A stretch of DNA of 64,000 nt, taken from the NCBI GenBank assembly GCA_963716175.1, contig OY970296.1, positions 2,112,001 to 2,176,000 of the forward strand, written 5' to 3'. How positions within the stretch are numbered: the first letter of the stretch is position 1; the number at the start of each line of letters is the position of its first letter. The DNA is from an uncultured Armatimonadetes bacterium (lineage in GTDB: Bacteria; Armatimonadota; Hebobacteria; Hebobacterales; Hebobacteraceae). The translations under genes and the position numbers were made by a program. The notes beneath the pieces were generated by a model. The model was given only the letters and a program-made list of their open reading frames with translations, was not told where the DNA came from and made no database searches. This document shows, piece by piece, positions 61,586 to 64,000 of this stretch.

Positions 61586-61791
61586 TCCTATCCAGGCCCC
61601 AAAACCGTCCCACACCGCTGATGCTGCGGGCCCGCCGTCTTGTACTAGCTTCGACACAGGGTGTCACACTCCTGGGCCGAAGTGAGCAAACTTGAACGGC
61701 AGATCATGGTGGCGTTGCCGCGTGGCGGCCTACTCCGCTCAATGCAGATCAGAGAAGTGCGTGAGGCGAGGAGCGACGGAGGAGGCGATGC

Positions 61792-62130
61792 ATGATAGAG
61801 AGCTATCGCTTCGGGGCCGTCGTCATTGACGGCCACGAGTACACGGAGGACGTGATCGTCTTCCCCGACCGGGTGTCCCCCCATTGGTGGCGCAAGGAAG
61901 GCCATCTGCTTCAGCTTGAGGATCTGCAGGAGGCGCTGGCGGACCGTCCCGAGGTGCTGATCGTAGGAAGCGGGACCCAGGAACGCATGCGCGTAGCCCA
62001 AGAAGTCGTCACCTGCACCAGGGAGCTGGGCATCGAGCTGCTGGTATTCGAGACACGGACGGCCTGTCGCACTTTCAACGAACTCTCGCCCCGCCGCCGC
62101 GCGGTGGCTGCGCTCCATCTCACCTGCTAG
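61792..62130 (+). CDS. Mth938-like domain protein
   Basis: IESYRFG...DG..Y..D, WWRKEGH, GSG, ALHLTC. Confidence 0.92.
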   Translation: MIESYRFGAVVIDGHEYTEDVIVFPDRVSPHWWRKEGHLLQLEDLQEALADRPEVLIVGSGTQERMRVAQEVVTCTRELGIELLVFETRTACRTFNELSPRRRAVAALHLTC

Positions 62131-62151
62131 CCGGCCTGGCAGCTCGCCAGC

Positions 62152-62748
62152 CTATGCTACCCTGAGCGCCGGCGACTCGCGCCCCCAGGCTTCCGCGAGA
62201 ATGCACTTGCCCGCCGCACCCTCAGCCCAGTGGGCCGGCGAAGCGAGCGCGCCGGCTGCCGCGCCCAGGAGGAAGCAGATCAGACCAAAGCTGAAAGCCA
62301 GCCAGGGAAAAGGTGGCCGGGCTTCCTCGAGACCCACGTTGATGAAGGCGGAGCTGTTGCTGCGATCCATCCCCGGCACATCGTCGAATGGATCCACGGT
62401 TGCGGCGAGCAAATGCATGCCACGGCTGCCGGTAAAGGTAAGGTGCCAGGTCACGCTCTCACCTGGCGCGAGCGGCTTCGGCAGTCTCCAGTCCGCGTAG
62501 CCGCCTCCGTCCACGGTGAATGCGACCGGAACCGGGGGCAGCGGGGCGTCGCCGCCGTTGCGAATCTCGACGCTGACCGGAATGCGAGCCTGAGCGCGCA
62601 GGCTCTTGCCCCGGGCCATGATCTGCACCGCAGGTGCGGGCCGGCCCGCGCTGCCTGCGGACTGGGCAGGCCGAGTCGGGGCATCGGCTTGCTTGAGGGG
62701 GCCGCTGGCGAGCAGGGCCGGTAGGAAGAGCAGGAGGCTCAAGGGCAC
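62152..62748 (-). CDS. Exported CARDB/Ig-like domain protein with C-terminal TM anchor
   Basis: Signal peptide, VEIRNGG, LAPGES, TVDP...NS, C-terminal TM helix. Confidence 0.7.
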   Translation of the reverse strand: MPLSLLLFLPALLASGPLKQADAPTRPAQSAGSAGRPAPAVQIMARGKSLRAQARIPVSVEIRNGGDAPLPPVPVAFTVDGGGYADWRLPKPLAPGESVTWHLTFTGSRGMHLLAATVDPFDDVPGMDRSNSSAFINVGLEEARPPFPWLAFSFGLICFLLGAAAGALASPAHWAEGAAGKCILAEAWGRESPALRVA

Positions 62749-62833
62749 AAGCGCAGGTGTTCTGCTTCACTGCTGGCAGTCCTGCCCGATGAGCGGGCCG
62801 GCCCAGGGACAAGTGCCGCGCTTAGGCCGTTTC

Positions 62834-62862
62834 TTTACACTGGGTGGGCCCCATGCTATAAT
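62834..62862 (+). promoter_or_regulatory. Sigma70 promoter of lpxC-fabZ
   Basis: TTTACA-17-TATAAT with extended -10 TG. Confidence 0.75.
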
Positions 62863-62974
62863 GCGCCGCGATCAGGCTGGCAGCGAAGTCGCCAATGCTT
62901 GACCATGTGTGTATGGGGCCGCCCTAGGCGGCGCTTGGGGGGAGGCGCCAAGCTAGCCGGCTGGTTGATCGCCG

Positions 62975-63871
62975 ATGAGCAGGAGCGCGGAACAGACCAC
63001 AGTCGCGCGACCGGTGCGCAAGCAGGGGATTGGAATGCATACCGGCGCGAGGAGCGCTCTGACCCTGCTGCCCGCGGAACCCGACGCGGGCATTGTTTTC
63101 ATCTCCGATTCCGGGGCCCAAGTCCCGGCGACAGCCGAGTACGTAGTGGGGACCGATCGGGCCACCACCCTGGGGGTTGGCACAGCCCGCGTCGGCACGG
63201 TAGAGCACCTCCTGGCAACACTCTATGCCATGGGCGTGGATAACGCGGTGGTCGCCGTGGAGGGCCCGGAGGTGCCGGCCTGCGATGGGAGCGCCCGGGA
63301 ATGGGTGGATCTGCTCCGCCAGGCCGGCCGCAAGCGGCTGGGAAAGCGCCGTGAGGTGCGCTCCTTGCGGGCGGCGAGTTGGGCCGGCGAAGGGGAGTCC
63401 TGGCTGATGGCCCTGCCTGCGTCCGGGGGCCTGTCGCTGGCGGTGGGCATTGACTTCGCTGGCACGGCCGTGGGACGGCAGGCGGTGTGCATGTCGGTGA
63501 CGGGGGCCAGGTTCGCGGCCGAGCTGGCCCGCGCCCGCACCTTCGTCTTCGAGCACGAACTGGAGGGGCTGCGCGCAGCCGGCCTGGCGAGAGGCGGCAG
63601 CGAGGAGAACGGCTTCGCCATCGGGCCTGGAGGCTACTCCGGGCCGCTGCGGTTCCCGGACGAGGTGGTGCGGCACAAAGCGCTGGACCTGGTGGGCGAC
63701 CTGGCGCTGTGCGGTCATAGGTTGCAGGCCCAGGTGGTGGCGGTGCGGCCCAGCCACCAGAGCAACGTGGCGCTGGCGAGGGCGCTGCGCGCCGCACTCG
63801 CGCAGGATGAGCCATGGTCTCGCCGCCGAGAGCGAGAGGCCTGCGGAGAGGCGCCGCGGGGGCGCGAGTGA
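62975..63871 (+). CDS. lpxC: UDP-3-O-acyl-N-acetylglucosamine deacetylase
   Basis: GIGMHTG, TVEHLLA, DGSA, ARARTF, RHKALDLVGDL. Confidence 0.95.
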   Translation: MSRSAEQTTVARPVRKQGIGMHTGARSALTLLPAEPDAGIVFISDSGAQVPATAEYVVGTDRATTLGVGTARVGTVEHLLATLYAMGVDNAVVAVEGPEVPACDGSAREWVDLLRQAGRKRLGKRREVRSLRAASWAGEGESWLMALPASGGLSLAVGIDFAGTAVGRQAVCMSVTGARFAAELARARTFVFEHELEGLRAAGLARGGSEENGFAIGPGGYSGPLRFPDEVVRHKALDLVGDLALCGHRLQAQVVAVRPSHQSNVALARALRAALAQDEPWSRRREREACGEAPRGRE

Positions 63872-63904
63872 AGGCGCTGGCAGCAGGGACGAGGAGAAAC
63901 GCGG

Positions 63905-64000
63905 ATGATGGACATCAACCAGATCCAAGCTGTGCTCCGGCACCGCTACCCGTTCTTACTGGTGGATCGGGTGCTGGAGCTGGAGCCCGGGAAGCGCGCG
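63905..64000 (+). CDS. fabZ: 3-hydroxyacyl-ACP dehydratase (3'-truncated by window edge)
   Basis: [33 protein letters not shown]. Follows lpxC. Confidence 0.9.
   Translation, partial: MMDINQIQAVLRHRYPFLLVDRVLELEPGKRA

Overview
GC-rich bacterial chromosomal window. An SLH-domain secreted protein, lpxC/fabZ (diderm envelope) and a DUF6785-type transporter suggest Armatimonadota or a similar lineage (inference). Most genes are housekeeping or carbohydrate-related: csp, corA, infC-rpmI-rplT, rimO, ADP-forming acetyl-CoA synthetase, panE, HPS-RraA fusion, gatCA, zwf-pgl, dusB, coaX, GH4/GH16/GH42-like enzymes, a sugar ABC system, clpP-clpX-lon and lpxC-fabZ. At least seven conserved genes carry single frameshifts, most likely long-read indel errors. 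The most unusual region is ~8.3-13.3 kb. It holds two poly-glycine-linked ORF remnants built from four copies of an unrecognised Cys-rich module in permuted order. One remnant ends in a unique C-terminal domain overlapping a membrane-protein gene, a TolB-like protein gene precedes the array, and palindromic elements flank it. The layout resembles a polymorphic toxin/immunity cassette array with a novel repeat stalk. Other accessory items are a RAYT transposase with its own REP hairpins, a TIGR04255-hypothetical-HEPN cassette, a xerC-like pseudogene broken by a 19-bp hairpin insertion, and several families of small palindromic repeats. No rRNA, tRNA or CRISPR array was seen.
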